From NCBI GenBank assembly GCA_030264375.1, contig JASCQW010000001.1, positions 87,257,657 through 87,321,656 of the forward strand: a stretch of DNA of 64,000 nucleotides. The letters run 5' to 3'. Under the pieces are notes generated by a model that had not been told where the DNA came from, searched no databases, and saw only the letters and a list, made by a program, of their open reading frames with translations. This stretch comes from Carcharhinus longimanus (taxonomy: Eukaryota). The position numbers and the translations under genes were made by a program. How positions within the stretch are numbered: the stretch's first letter is position 1; each line of letters opens with the position of its first letter. Of the stretch, positions 25,161 to 37,804 are shown piece after piece.

Positions 25161-26784
25161 CTTTCGTGGTTCAGTGTCATACTTTGTTCTATAATGGTCC
25201 TGCAAAACATCTTGGGACTTGATTATATTAAAGGTGTCAGAATAAATTTAAGTTGTTATTGTTGACGATGCATCTGGACATTGAGCATGACAAAATTCCT
25301 CTCTCTCCCCATTACCCCCACTCCAGGAAATCAGACAAAATAAGAATATATGTGGGAAGTGAAACAAATGACATTTTGTTTTATCAGNNNNNNNNNNNNN
25401 NNNNNNNNNNNNNNNNNNNNNNNNNNNNNNNNNNNNNNNNNNNNNNNNNNNNNNNNNNNNNNNNNNNNNNNNNNNNNNNNNNNNNNNAGACTCATTGCAA
25501 ATTTTTGAAGGTAATTATAATGGAACAATGCAGACTTTTGGGCTAGGGTTTTATGTCTCCTTCCACCCCCACATCCCAGCTGGTGGAATGTTACAGTTCC
25601 TCCAATGTAAACAGCAATTTAAATGACCAGCGGACCTGCTGGGAGTGGAGGAGACAATACCATAGTGGGGCTGTAAAACCGTGGCTCTGGTGCTAAGTGG
25701 AAAACTTTTCATAACGTTTGTGCTAATTAGCTATCTTGTTGCTTTGTAAATTTTTATAAAATTAAAATGGTTTATAGTAGCAAAATTATTTTGTATATTT
25801 TAGAATGCAGACTAATGTGCAAACACAACACTAGAACTCAAGTGGAAAACAAACAGTAATTTATAACTATAAACTCAATAATTAGCACAACACTGCCTCA
25901 CAACACTACTGCTTCCCCTCAACACCCCCCACCCCTCGCGCCACCAAGTCAATGAATGCCTACGGGCATATGACTCAGCAACAATGCAAAATTAAAATCA
26001 ATTCTTTGTTGGTTTGGGTAAGACTTGTGTGGTGCACATAACAGATCTTTACATTTAATAATCTCTGTTTCCAAAGGCATCTTCATCCTACAGCTACCTG
26101 AAGCCACCTTAAACTGAACACATTGTTTACCCACAAACAAAGTCTTTGTTTCATATCCTTTTAAACCTTAAATGAATATTTAAATGAAAAATTTTGCACA
26201 AACCCTGGAAACCCTGGCAGATCAAGTCAAATCATTCAAGTTCTGGTGATGTTGCATCGTATGAAAATATGTTTTCTTCTCATTCAGGAGACATGGGCAT
26301 CAGGCTGGGGCAGCATTTATTGCCCATTCCTAATGGCTCTTGGGTGGGTTGTCTGTTGGTCCATTTCAGAGGGCATTTAAGAGTCAACTACATTGCTGTT
26401 GGCAGTCACAGCCTCTGCGACTTCCTTCCACGCCATGGTGTTAATTTTCTAAGTGTCCTACACTTAGTGATAAGCTGGTAATACTTTAGCTGGGATTTTC
26501 TGCCTGCACCCCCATCCTTCCCACAATGGGTTTCCCAGGGGCTGCTGGTGGGATCTACCTGTCCCATCAAAGACAATAATAATTTGTGTTACTCACAGGC
26601 TGCACTACCATGAAACCCCTAGCAGCATGCTGCTTTTGGCAAGACCGGAAAATCTCACCGGCGGGAAAGGCTGGAAAATTCCAGTCTTTGTCACCAGTAG
26701 GATGTGTGTTGAGGTCTTATTCTATACTAAAGTCACAACATCTACTCTCTCACCTGCCTTCTAAACTGTCATCTTCTTTTCTGT

Positions 26785-26990
26785 AAATCTATCAATGACC
26801 ACAATACCATTGTCGATTGTTGGAAAAATCGATCTGATTAACTAGTGTCCTTTAATGAAGGAAATGTAACCTGGCGCGGCCTACGTAACTCCAGAGCAAT
26901 GTGGTTGAATCTCAACAGCCCTCAGGTAACTTGGGATGGGCAACAAATGCTGGCCAGTCAGTGACACCCATGTCCCATGACTAAAAAAAC
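26785..26990 (+). mobile_element. SINE-like fragment sharing the 3' tail of the LINE at 49960-51437
   Basis: Ends GGGATGGGCAACAAATGCTGGCCAGTCAGTGACACCCATGTCCCATGACTAAAAAAA; compare 51372-51436. Confidence 0.65.
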
Positions 26991-27919
26991 GCAAGTAAGT
27001 AAGTGTTTTGAAAAAAACTGTTAGTTTTACTGAGCACATCCTTTCCAGTGCACTTAATTACACATACTTTAAAGTTTTAAGTTTTCATAGATTCACTAAA
27101 TTATATTAATGCTTTTAAAAGTCAGTAACATTTTTCAAAAGATTTTCAAGTTTTTAAGAGATGTTTAAAATTTTTCAAAATTGTTATCAAGCACTCACCT
27201 GCCCATCAGCTGAAGATTGTCCTTGACAGTCTGCCTTTGGTTCGTGTGCCACCAGGGTCATAGCTTTGCCCAGAATGCAGTTCACTGTAGGGTCTCGGGT
27301 CTCACTGTTCCTTGTGCCAGTAGGCTGTGCTGCAGATAAAAGTTAAAAAAATCGTGCTCCACCCATCAAACTATGTGATTACAATTTTTTAAATGTGGTC
27401 AATGACACACACTGTTGTCTCACCACTAATCACAAAATCTGGGCCATCAACGTGTTTGCAATCGAGATTAAGTATGGAATCGATGGCCCTTGTTATTTCC
27501 TTCAGTAATTAAGACATGGTGTGATTGATGCTGGAATACGTAATGTAATATGTGAACTATCAATATTTTTATTTAATATGATGACATGTTGCACATGGAT
27601 CCAATTTTTATAAAACTCTAATACTTGACTCTGGTCCCTCATTAGTATTCATTTTCGAGAATCTGGGTGTGCTGCACTCAATCAAACGTAAAGTTCAATC
27701 TAGATTTCAATGTTTCACAAATAATTTACTAATCAAAATGACATGTACATAGTGTGTAGGTTTAGCCAGTTTTGACAGGAACCCTCACTTAATGTTGCAC
27801 TTCTCTTTTTCAAATTGTGCCTCCACACCTTCACTTAAAACTTCTTTTCCCTGCTAGTGTGACTGCTATTGTTCAATTCTATTTGCAATAATAGGTTAGA
27901 GCTTTGTTGAGATCAGCAA

Positions 27920-28148
27920 TGTACGTGTGCTGATTGTTCCTTTAAGACTCAATCCACAGAGCAAGGATTGCAAGGTCCAGAGAACCAATCATGGAGCAGG
28001 TTGGGGGATCACACGGGTGAGCTTAAGTTCCTGTTACAGGACGTTCTTGGGAGCTGATTGTAGCCATGAGGCTGCAAGCCTTTATTCAGTTCTAACCTGT
28101 AAATAAACATGTTGTTTTTCCCTTAACTGATGAACAAGAATTGTTACA
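27920..28148 (+). mobile_element. Solo LTR (Gypsy-like)
   Basis: TG...CA termini, internal AATAAA (CTGTAAATAAACATG), and flanks GCAA/GCAC as a degenerate 4-bp TSD. Confidence 0.55.
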
Positions 28149-29319
28149 GCACTGCTTCTGTTATTCCCTATTTTTAAGTGGGGACATCTAGGTAACGTAG
28201 AAAAAAAGGACCTGCGGGTTCAGCATATTAAGAGAAGCATCTCCTGGAGAGAAGGACATTAGAAGGAGCTGGCGGTATGGACCACAAATGTTTACCCTGT
28301 TATGGTAGTAGTTCTGATACTTTGGATGTTTTTGAGATATTGCTTTGTTAGTGCATGTAGTTTAACATACTGAGTAACATTTTGCAGGATGTGTAAATGG
28401 TTTTGTAGGAATCATCATAGGAAATGATGCAAATTAACATGTAGTGTAATAGTTTGAGCGAGTAACATGCGAATGAGGAGCTCTCTTGATATTTTGTTAT
28501 ATTCTTAAGATCGAACTCTTTGTGGGTGTTGCGGGGATGGGGGTGGTGGGTGGGTGGTGGTGCAGGCGCGGATGGTCAGGGACAGGGGTGGTGGTGATAT
28601 TTTGGAATGGTAATCTGCCAGATCCACCAAGTCAAAGGCTGAGCTTGATGTGATGAAACAGCAAGGTGCTATTCACTGTCTTCAGCAGCACGCAGATTGG
28701 TATAGCTCTATAAGCATTGTGATGAATAGAGATGATACTATCAGAGTATGCTTGTATCCCAAAGATTAAGAATACAGGAAATAAGAGCAGAAGTAAGCCT
28801 TTCTGCCCCTAAAGCCTGATCCACCAACTAAATCATGATGAAATCTATCTGAACATCATTTTCCCGCACGGTCCTCATATCCCTTGGTATCATCAATATT
28901 TAGAAATATATCAATCTCGTTCTTGAAATCACGTACTCAAGAGATGTCTTCACAAGATGCCTACTCTTGAGGGACTCAACCCAAGGTTTGCTAAGGCACA
29001 TTCCTCTCCAAGTTGGGTGTGATGTTAGATATTGGTCAGTGCATATACCTGAGGAACCATTGGAACTAATAACAATCAAAGCATCATTTGAGAAGTATTG
29101 ATTTATATGTTTGCCATTTGATCTGTCAGTGAGTTTGGACCTGTTTCAATAACATATCCCTTATTGAGGGTACACCTGCCTGTGTTTGCATTGCAGGTGT
29201 CATAGCGGTCATGGGGAGAATCAAAGGAGACAGATAAGGTCCTATCTTCAATAATAATAATAAGCTATTTATGTGAAATACATTAATTTATTCAGCTCAC
29301 TTTATTCTGATATTGGAAT

Positions 29320-31100
29320 ATGACTAGATCCCAGTAAAATCGAGGTTGTGCAATTAATGCCTGATCCTCGATAAAGATATATATTTTATAGAAAATTTAC
29401 ACCATAAATTTCTTCAAACATATATCTGAAAAAGCGTCATTACTGTGCAAACTTCCCAAGAAAGATACGCCATTCTTGGGGCATGAAGATCATTTGCAGA
29501 TTTTCAATTTATTAAAACTATCACATTCTGCTGAAACATGCTCACAATACCATGGCCCTTGCACTCAAAGTAGATGATTCACAAAAAGGCCTTGATGAAT
29601 GTGTGTTGTAGCAAGTTACACCAGTTGTGTTTGATTCCAAAAGTTTGTTAACCACTCAGGTAAATTATTCAAACATGAGAAATGTTGGTATTGGTGTTGG
29701 GTATGACCAGGTTACATGGTTAGCAATTTGACAAACATTTTGTTGTTGGTACAGATAACAAGCAGTTGTAGATTACTTAAAGAAAGTCACTCACCAATTC
29801 ACCACCTCAACTCCAAGGGTTGTTAATCAAAGTTATCAAAGTAAGGGCTATGTAGAAAACAATACCAAGGTCAAGTATAAAGCTGGAAGCCTCATGTTTA
29901 TGCCTAATATCTTGGGCAGCTGACTCAACCCTAAGGAGGCAGATGATATAGCTTTGGGTGTCCAAGTGGATAAAGCGGATGAAAAATAGAAAATGTGTAC
30001 AACATTGATCTAATGTGATTTAGACAAGACAAGTGTGAGAAGCTCTGGACAGAGACTTCCAGAGATCCTGCCCTCAGGGGATTATGGCAGATCATCAGTG
30101 GGTAGTTGGAGACTGGCCAAGAGGTTCCCATGGACCTCAGATTCTTTTGGCCATATCATGATAAGATTTCTATTTCAAGTGGAGTCATTTTTAAGGGAAA
30201 ACAAGTGCTGATCCCTGAAACCCTTTGACAAGGTATTCTTATCCAGTTACAGTAAGGTCACATGGACAACGAAAGAAGAAGGTGACTTGTATATGAAATA
30301 GTTTATTGGCCATGAATCAATATTAACATTGAATGAGCTGTGAGGATGTGTGATGTATGTCAGGAGCATTAACCTTGTCAACACAAAGAATCACTGCATC
30401 CTCATGATGGTCCATCACATCCGTGGTCAAGAACAGCTACTGACTTGTTTACTGTCAGACGTGATCACTTTTTACTTATCATCACTTACTTCTCCAAATT
30501 CCCTGTCATTTGCCATCTGAGGGATACATCAAGTGCATTGATGCCAATTTCAATCTCTTTAGTTTCCTTGAGGAGATAGTGTTGGAAAATGATGCACAAG
30601 ACAGTGGTAACCCTCCAAGGCATGTACACAAAGTTGACTGCAAACCACAGTATGTCAGTCATCTCTGCACTTTTGAAGGTCAAATAGGCTAGCAAGTGCA
30701 GACGGTAAAGTCAAAACTCGGAAATGTAAGAAGACCAGTCAAGATATTCAATATCAATTTTGCGCCTACAAGCAACACCACTACATAATGGTTTACAATA
30801 ACCAACAGAGATTACGTTCAGAAGGCAAGTTGGAATGACTTTTCCAAGTCGTCATCTGATCAGACTGTCATCAATCCAAAAAAAATTAGAAAAATATGAG
30901 AAAATGAAAATCATACATGACAAACATGCAGGTCCAGATTTGTCTCCTCTGCATGTAGGGGAGGAGATCAGAATGATGCCCCCGCAAGAGAGAACACAGT
31001 TCCTGAAGAGATGTCAAAGATCTCTAATGAACCAGTGATATTGAGGTCAAATGGAGACATTGAAAAGGAATACATGTCAGCTGAAAGAGTTTTCCAACAA
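29320..31100 (+). mobile_element. Decayed Gypsy/Ty3 pol remnant (RT end, RNase H, integrase)
   Basis: Broken frames read DPSKIEVVQLMPDP, LKVDDSQKGLDECVL..PVVFDSKSL and LHPHDGPSHPWSRTATDLFTV...YFSKFPV, with many stops and frameshifts. Confidence 0.8.
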
Positions 31101-31677
31101 TATTTAGCCTAACAGTCCTGTAGCATCAAGAACGTGTGCACATTCAAGTTCTGAGAGTGAAGTTAAGAAAAATGGCAGGTACGACACTCAAATGCAAGAT
31201 AATTGTCGGTCTCTACAGGTTTGCCCAGTGTGTGATCCAAAGTCCAAATGTGGTCGTCCAAGTCTCTCTGTGTAGCCCCAGAGCCAATTTTGAAAATGCC
31301 AGTCAAATAGATAAGTTTGAAAGAAAGAATCTGGAGGGAGTTGCCCTTCCAGTCACATGTTATTTCTTTCTCATGTTTGCTCTGATAGGCTGACGAAGGG
31401 AGCACAGATTCTGAGCAACAGGGCGTAGGCACTTAATGTGGGCCTTGGGCATCTAGAGCAGGACATCAGGAGCAGGGCCAGAGAGGGTTGGAGTGGGGCT
31501 TGGACAATGTGGTGTGGGGCCCGAGCTGTACAGAGTGGGGCCTGGGCAAGCTGGTATGGGGTTCAGGTGGGTTGGAACAGAGTCCAGGCATGCTAGAGCA
31601 AAGCATGAGGCAGCAAGAATGAGGCTGACTGCTGTCTGAATAAGTGAATGACTAAAGGTTGTGTGAGAGAGTGGAGT

Positions 31678-31802
31678 GGCCGGAATTTTACCACCTCGCC
31701 TGCCCCAGAATTGGAGTGCGTGAGGCTCGCAGAATGGAACTCTCCGTTGGCCTCAGGTGGGATTTTACGAACCTTGCCCTAGTGATGTCATAAAATTCTG
31801 CC
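31678..31802. mobile_element. Short MITE of about 125 bp
   Basis: Imperfect TIRs GGCCGGAATTTTA and TAAAATTCTGCC. The element is CpG-richer than the purine-rich flank it interrupts. Confidence 0.6.
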
Positions 31803-32874
31803 AACTGTGTGGGACAGAGAGTGTGAGGGGGAAAGAGAGAGTGTGTGATGGAAGAGAAAGAGTCAGAGTATGAGAGGGGGGTAGAAAGTTTGAGGGGATG
31901 GAGACTGTGAGAGCAGTGAACAATGTGATAGGGCGTTGACAGAGTGTTGGGGGTGAGAGTGTTGGGGCTGGAGAGTGCAACAGCAGGTGAAAAATGTGAG
32001 AGGGGTGGAGAGTGTGATAGGGATGTGAGAGAGTGGGGGTGAATGCAGAGGAAGAATATGTCCATCAATCTGGTTCATTCCCCGTATCAGGGCTTTCTCT
32101 CACTCTTACCCCCACACACCATCTCACACTCTCATTCACTCTCTCAATGAGTGCTGGTTAGTGAATAAACACCCTGAAATGGAGTGAGCCAGAAACACTC
32201 GATCTCTCCCTATTACCCTCCAATACTCATCTATATTTATTACTTTTAGTGCTTCAGTTTTTTTTAATTCATCTTTAATGTTGTGCCAAAATATTAGCAA
32301 AATTTGACCATATCCCCCTCCCCCCCACCCTCGGCCCGAATGAGAAATATTTTGAAATGTCCCCAATATGAAAAGGTTGGACAAGCCAGATCTCATCAAA
32401 ATCTCAGTTTCCTGATCAGGTCAAGTCAGCAGACCACCTGTATGTTTCTGTGATACTTAAACAACGAATGTGAGACTGAAGACACGTGTTGAGTGAGGCA
32501 GAATTATATCATTGGCATTGATAGTGTCAGCCTTGCTGCTGGCCATGTCCTCACTGAAGGATGTGCCAGTAATTTTGAGCACCATCTCCCCTATCAGGGT
32601 GAGTACGTACTGCTGTGTCTATACCCTGCCACTTCACTGCTGCCATTACCTATAACGACCAACTTATCCTGCAGTGGAGTGGGAAGTGTGTTAACAAATG
32701 TTTTTGGTTCATGTGCTTTTCACAGTTGAGTAGTTGGAAATGTTTGCAAAGCAGTGAGATGAGTGTGAGGCTTGCAAAAGTGTTTGGTTGGCAAGTGAAG
32801 AGGGTGTGGGGCTAATGGTACAATTGATACAATATGGCATTTGCAGATGCATTTAATGTACTTGATTACTTGTT

Positions 32875-33075
32875 TTAGGTCATTAAATGTTTTGCAGCAC
32901 TACGTTTTTGAGGCTGGCCAGTCAGCACTGCCCTCAACTGCTATCTTCTCCTGCCGCCAACTTGAGAGCAACCTGGAATGCTTCCTGAAGCTATGAGGAA
33001 AGAGTGCCTCCCCCTTCCTATACAATTCCTGCACTAAGACTTTAAGTTTAGCATTAGAGAGCCTTGGGACATATC
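32875..33075 (-). mobile_element. PIF/Harbinger Myb/SANT-like ORF remnant
   Basis: ORF 32900-33208 contains PRLSNAKLKVLVQELYRKGEALFP...WRQEKIAVEGSA and continues past its stop codon as CCKTFNDL. This matches the Harbinger Myb/SANT pattern (PRFS..LEVL...LF...W..IA...QCRKRFNDL). Confidence 0.7.
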
Positions 33076-33706
33076 TCTGGCCTGTTGCAGTCAGTGTGCA
33101 TCTTACAAGTGGCTTAAAGTAGTGGACGGTAACTCTAATTGGTGTTGTATTTGAATAAACATGGATCCCTTTCTGAGGCGTGTGGCCACCCAACAGCCCA
33201 TTCAGCACTGAGCTACATGAGGGATTAAAATAATTATCTTTTTTTTATCTCTTTTTGAAATTTTCTCAAAGACTGCTTTTTAACTTTCATTAGCTTCATT
33301 TTCATTTTCAAGGGCTCTATTTTTATTCTCAATAACTTCTATGTGATGCAGTCACATGGTAACATCTCCCTCCGTATTTGTGTTGATGCTTTTCGAGTTT
33401 TCTCTTTTAGATAGATAAGCTAGCATAAATTCAGAGACTATATATAACATATTGCATCTTTTTCTTGGAATCTGCAAGCCAGGTCCTGATATTCAGTTTC
33501 TAATAAAACTGTTTATAATAAACATGTTTGTAAATTTATTATAAATCTCCCATGCTCCATTTCTAAACTGTAGATTCCAACAACTTGGCACAAGGCAATT
33601 AATTGGGAATGAGTATCACATCTTTAGCCCCTTTTAAAATTAATTGCAAGCAATTAGCACACTCCAACATTCTTTGGATTTGTTCTGCCAATTTCAAGTT
33701 TCTTTC

Positions 33707-34020
33707 CATAGAATCCCTACAGTGCAGAAAGAGACCATTCAGTCCATTGAGTCTGCACTGACAACAATCCCACACAGGCTCCATCCCTTTAACTCCACAT
33801 ATTCACCCTACTAATCTCCATGACACTAAGGGAGAATTTTGCATGGTCAATACACGAAACCTGCACATCTTTGGACTGTGGGAGGAAACCGGAGCACCCA
33901 AGGAAACCCATGTAGACACAGGGAGAACATGCAGACTCCGCAGACCCAAGGCCTGAATTGAACCCAGATCTCCTGGTGCTAGGAGACAGCAGTGCTAACC
34001 ACTGCACCACCGTGCTGCCC
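33707..34020 (-). mobile_element. HE1-type V-SINE
   Basis: Complete head (CAGCAGTGCTAACCACTGCACCACCGTGCTGCCC on the plus strand) and tail CATAGAATCCCTACAGTGCAGAAAGAG. Confidence 0.92.
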
Positions 34021-34132
34021 TTCAATTTAAAGTGAGTACTGAAGAACATATCAGGATGCTGTCAACAAGAATCCAACTGTGCAACAAGAGGAATACACGC
34101 AAGATAATGTTGCAGCACCAAGCTAACCATAA

Positions 34133-34410
34133 GCAGCATGGTGGCACAGTGGTTAGTGCTCACACCATCAAGGACCTGGGTTTGATTCCTGGCTTGGGTC
34201 ATTGTCTGTGCGGAGTCTATACGTTCTCTCTGTGTATGCATGGGCTTCCTCCCACAATCGGAAAGATATGTTGGTTAGGTGCATTCGCAATGCTAAATTC
34301 TCCGTCAGTGTAACCAAACAGGCACCAGAGTGTGCCCACTAGGAGATTTTCACAGTAACTTCATTGTAGTGTTAATGCAAGCTTACTTGTGAAACTAATA
34401 AATAAATTTT
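34133..34410 (+). mobile_element. V-SINE with alternative 3' tail
   Basis: HE1-like head and tail ACTAGGAGATTTTCACAGTAACTTCATTGTAGTGTTAATGCAAGCTTACTTGTGAAACTAATAAATAAATTT. Confidence 0.85.
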
Positions 34411-35664
34411 AGATACCAAATGACACGTGACCAAACCTTAGGCCCCCCCAACCCTCATGTTTCTGAAAGTGCTTCTGAAAGTGTTCTCCATTTCTCACTT
34501 CCCTTCATAATTCATCCAGCTGTCTCACTGTAAAAAAGTGAAAGAGTAGCCAGAATCTGGACACATCAGAGCAGATGGTAGCTGAGCCTGGGCAAGTACG
34601 AGAGTAATTTGCAGTTCCTCAGGGCCTTACTCTCAGCTTTATTACTGGGTTTCCAGACAATGCTGCCCTCCTTTTTGAAAAAAATCAACGTTGGCTTCAT
34701 TTCCTCAGTTTCCTCTCGAAGCAGTTGGTAACGGTGCAGTCAAAAGTCTCCTTAATGGCAGCAGTGGAATTGGCCCGAACAAGTGTTATAGCTTTTCCAA
34801 TCACTATTTATCTCCCTTCTGGCCTTGCTGTTCCTCCAATCATAGATTTGTTGTCTGGTGGACAGAAAGAGTGGGAGGGAGGGAACTTGAGATTGGAGGA
34901 GCTGGAAAAGCAATAATGGAACTGATGAAATCCATGACTGGAAGATTAATGCCTCACATATTCTGGTCAGAATTTTCCAGCTGTTCATACCCCACCATCG
35001 CTGCCAGAGAGGACAGAGAATTTGATGCTCAGCCAAAAGTCTGTTCACTGCAGCGGGACGGGACAATCCCACTGGTGCGAATAGCCAGAATATCCTGCCT
35101 TCTGTCTTTCTCATGATCACCTCTCCTTCAAACAGAATTGTCCATTATTTTCCCACTCCCAGGGATGTTTGCACTTTCAAGTGTTCAAGTCCATTTTGAC
35201 TCTGGAGGAATGATAACGCAATATAATCATATAAAGTGATGACATTTATCTCATTTTTCACCCTAAATCTTTTGAGAGCTCTTTTGGGTCTTTTTGAGGG
35301 TAAATTCACCTCTGCCCCATGTGTATTTTGAAACCTGGGCTGCACTCCAGATTCATTACAATTAGTACATAGCACAAAGTTTCTTGTTGCCTGTGTTCCT
35401 TTGAACAGGAATTGGTTATTCAGATATTTACAATATCCATACCTGATTGCAAGAACTAGTTGATTAAGTCACCATCAAAATAAAAATCAAGATGCAATGA
35501 TGAATCTGAATAAAACTTTGGTCCTTAGTATTGTGTGCTGATTTGAGCATCACATAATTAGAAGCATGTTGATGTAATAGAGGGGGTACATTTGGAATTC
35601 ATTAAGATCCTGCCTTGCTTGAGGAGATGCTTTTAAAAAATTGGAAATTGGAACTCTTTGTGTT

Positions 35665-36003
35665 GAACATAGAACGTAGAACATTACAGTGCAGTACAGG
35701 CCCTTCAGCCCTCGATGTTATGCCGACCTGTGAAACCAATCTAAAGCCCATCTAACCTACACTATTCCAATATCATCCATATGTTTATCNNNNNNNNNNN
35801 NNNNNGTTGGTGAATCCATTATTGTTGCAGGCAAGGCATTCCACGCTCTTACTACTCTCTGAGTAAAGAACCTACCTCTGACGTTTGTCCTATATCTATC
35901 ACCCCACAATTTAAAGCTATGTCCCCTCGTGCTAGCCATCTTCATCCAAGGAAAGAGGTTCACCCTGTCCACTCTATCTAAATCCTCTGATCATCTTATA
36001 TGC
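35665..36003 (-). mobile_element. CR1 LINE 3' fragment
   Basis: ORF 35757-35972 reads STRGHSFKL...VRGRFFTQRVVRAWNALP; the (AGAACAT)n tail is at 35665. Confidence 0.92.
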
Positions 36004-37804
36004 CAAAGTTATTGCATAATTTTTTTGTCCTAAGCAGCCAAACTGTTTCTTGGCATATCAATATATGTGCAGTTTTTCAATCCCACAGTTTCCATCAGTT
36101 ATTTAAAACTTGGTTGATTTAATACTATACGACTAAAATAATGTATATTAACGATAACCCCATGACACAATTATAGATTCATATTAATTTCATTCATTTG
36201 GAAGAATTTCAAATTTATGCAGTAATCCTAATATCAAATTGACTTTAAAAAATACACATCCCTCATAGTTTAATTACTTGAATTGATTTTGAAGGCTCTT
36301 CAAAAGAACTTTATAAAGTGTACTGAATATTGAATGAAGCAATTTAAAATGCTGGATTTGCCTTTTATTTCATGTATTCTGTTTCAATACCAAAGAAATT
36401 TTCATGGGGTCACAATTTGTATTAATGAGGCTTCACAACTCATTTGATCTCCTTTTTCCAGAGTACCAACTCTATCATCTTCCCATTAACAGTATCTGAT
36501 TGCCACTTGAATGAGTACAATATCATGGCCTAAACAAGCCTGTGCAACAAATCACTGTAGCTATGTATGGAAGGGATACTTCTTGGTCTTTATGCGAAGT
36601 TTGCCCTTCACAAAGCTGATCCTACGCTATTCTGTCCTGCTGTGCTAGTAGGTCCCAAAGTATTGCTTTGGTTTTACCAGTTTGCTGAATTTTTAAGATT
36701 GCCTCGTTGAAGTCGTACAAGTATTGCCAAAAGCATGCCATTTTGCAGAAAAGAAAGTAGACATAAGAAAATGGCAGCAGAGTTCCAATTCAGAATTGAA
36801 GTACCAAGGGGAGGTTGAAAGGATGGATGGCTAATGATCAATTAAGAAGTCAGACTCAATCATTCAAGTGCTAATTGCTCCATTGTTATTTCAATCTGCA
36901 TTTTTTAAATTCACTTCTGATCTTTCACAAATTAATGCATCAGTGAGTCAATAAAAATGTAAATACATAAAGAATTATGTTTTATTCAGATAATTTGTAT
37001 CTCTGTTATAAAGGAAAGTTACAGCACAGAAGGAGGCCATTTGTTTCATCACAGTTTAACTTGCTTGACGCAGCAATTCAAAATCATCCTGCCGACTTGC
37101 TTTGTTGTCATTGACCTGCATCAGCCTCAGATGCTCGTCCACTTCTGTCTCAAAGGATGCAGTGTTCCCAATTCAGGTAGTTCCTGCATTAAACATTATT
37201 CTGTTCAGCAATTCTATACATGCATTCCCTTAAGCTTTTCTCCTCACTTTCTTAACAACAATTGTAAATGAATGATTTCTCATTATTGATTCACCATTCC
37301 ACCATAGGCAGCTGGGCCTTTACCTTTATAGGCTCTAAACACTGGAAATTACTCCCTAAACTTGTCTCTCTGTGTTTAAAGGGGTAATTAAAATCTACCT
37401 CTCACCATGGATGGTTTCCCCCTATAAAGATAGTCACAAGATCTCAACCCAGAAGTCACACAGCAGACTGATGGAAAACCCCCTATCAGGAATCAGTGCA
37501 ATGGGGAATCATTAAGCAGAGCACTGAGTGCTATGAAAGGGAAGCCAACTTGGTGAATGTAAGGAGGGTGGCTTAGTGAAAAAAAATGGGTAAATATCTG
37601 TTTCTGACCTTGGACGATATTAAAATCCTGATGTGGCTTGAACTTGCAGGAGACCCCACTCTGTTAATCTGACCTTTTGTGTTTTGACCTTGCCCCTGCC
37701 TTGGTCTTCTGAAGGACTGCTGCTTTCTACTACTGTGCTAAGTTTTTCCTGGAAAATGGATTAACTGTCTAGGTTTAAATAGTGATATCAAAACAGACAA
37801 CGTT

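Noticed and set aside
34691-35120. Overlapping 141-aa and 122-aa ORFs
   Set aside because: No recognisable domain and no convincing splice sites; consistent with chance.
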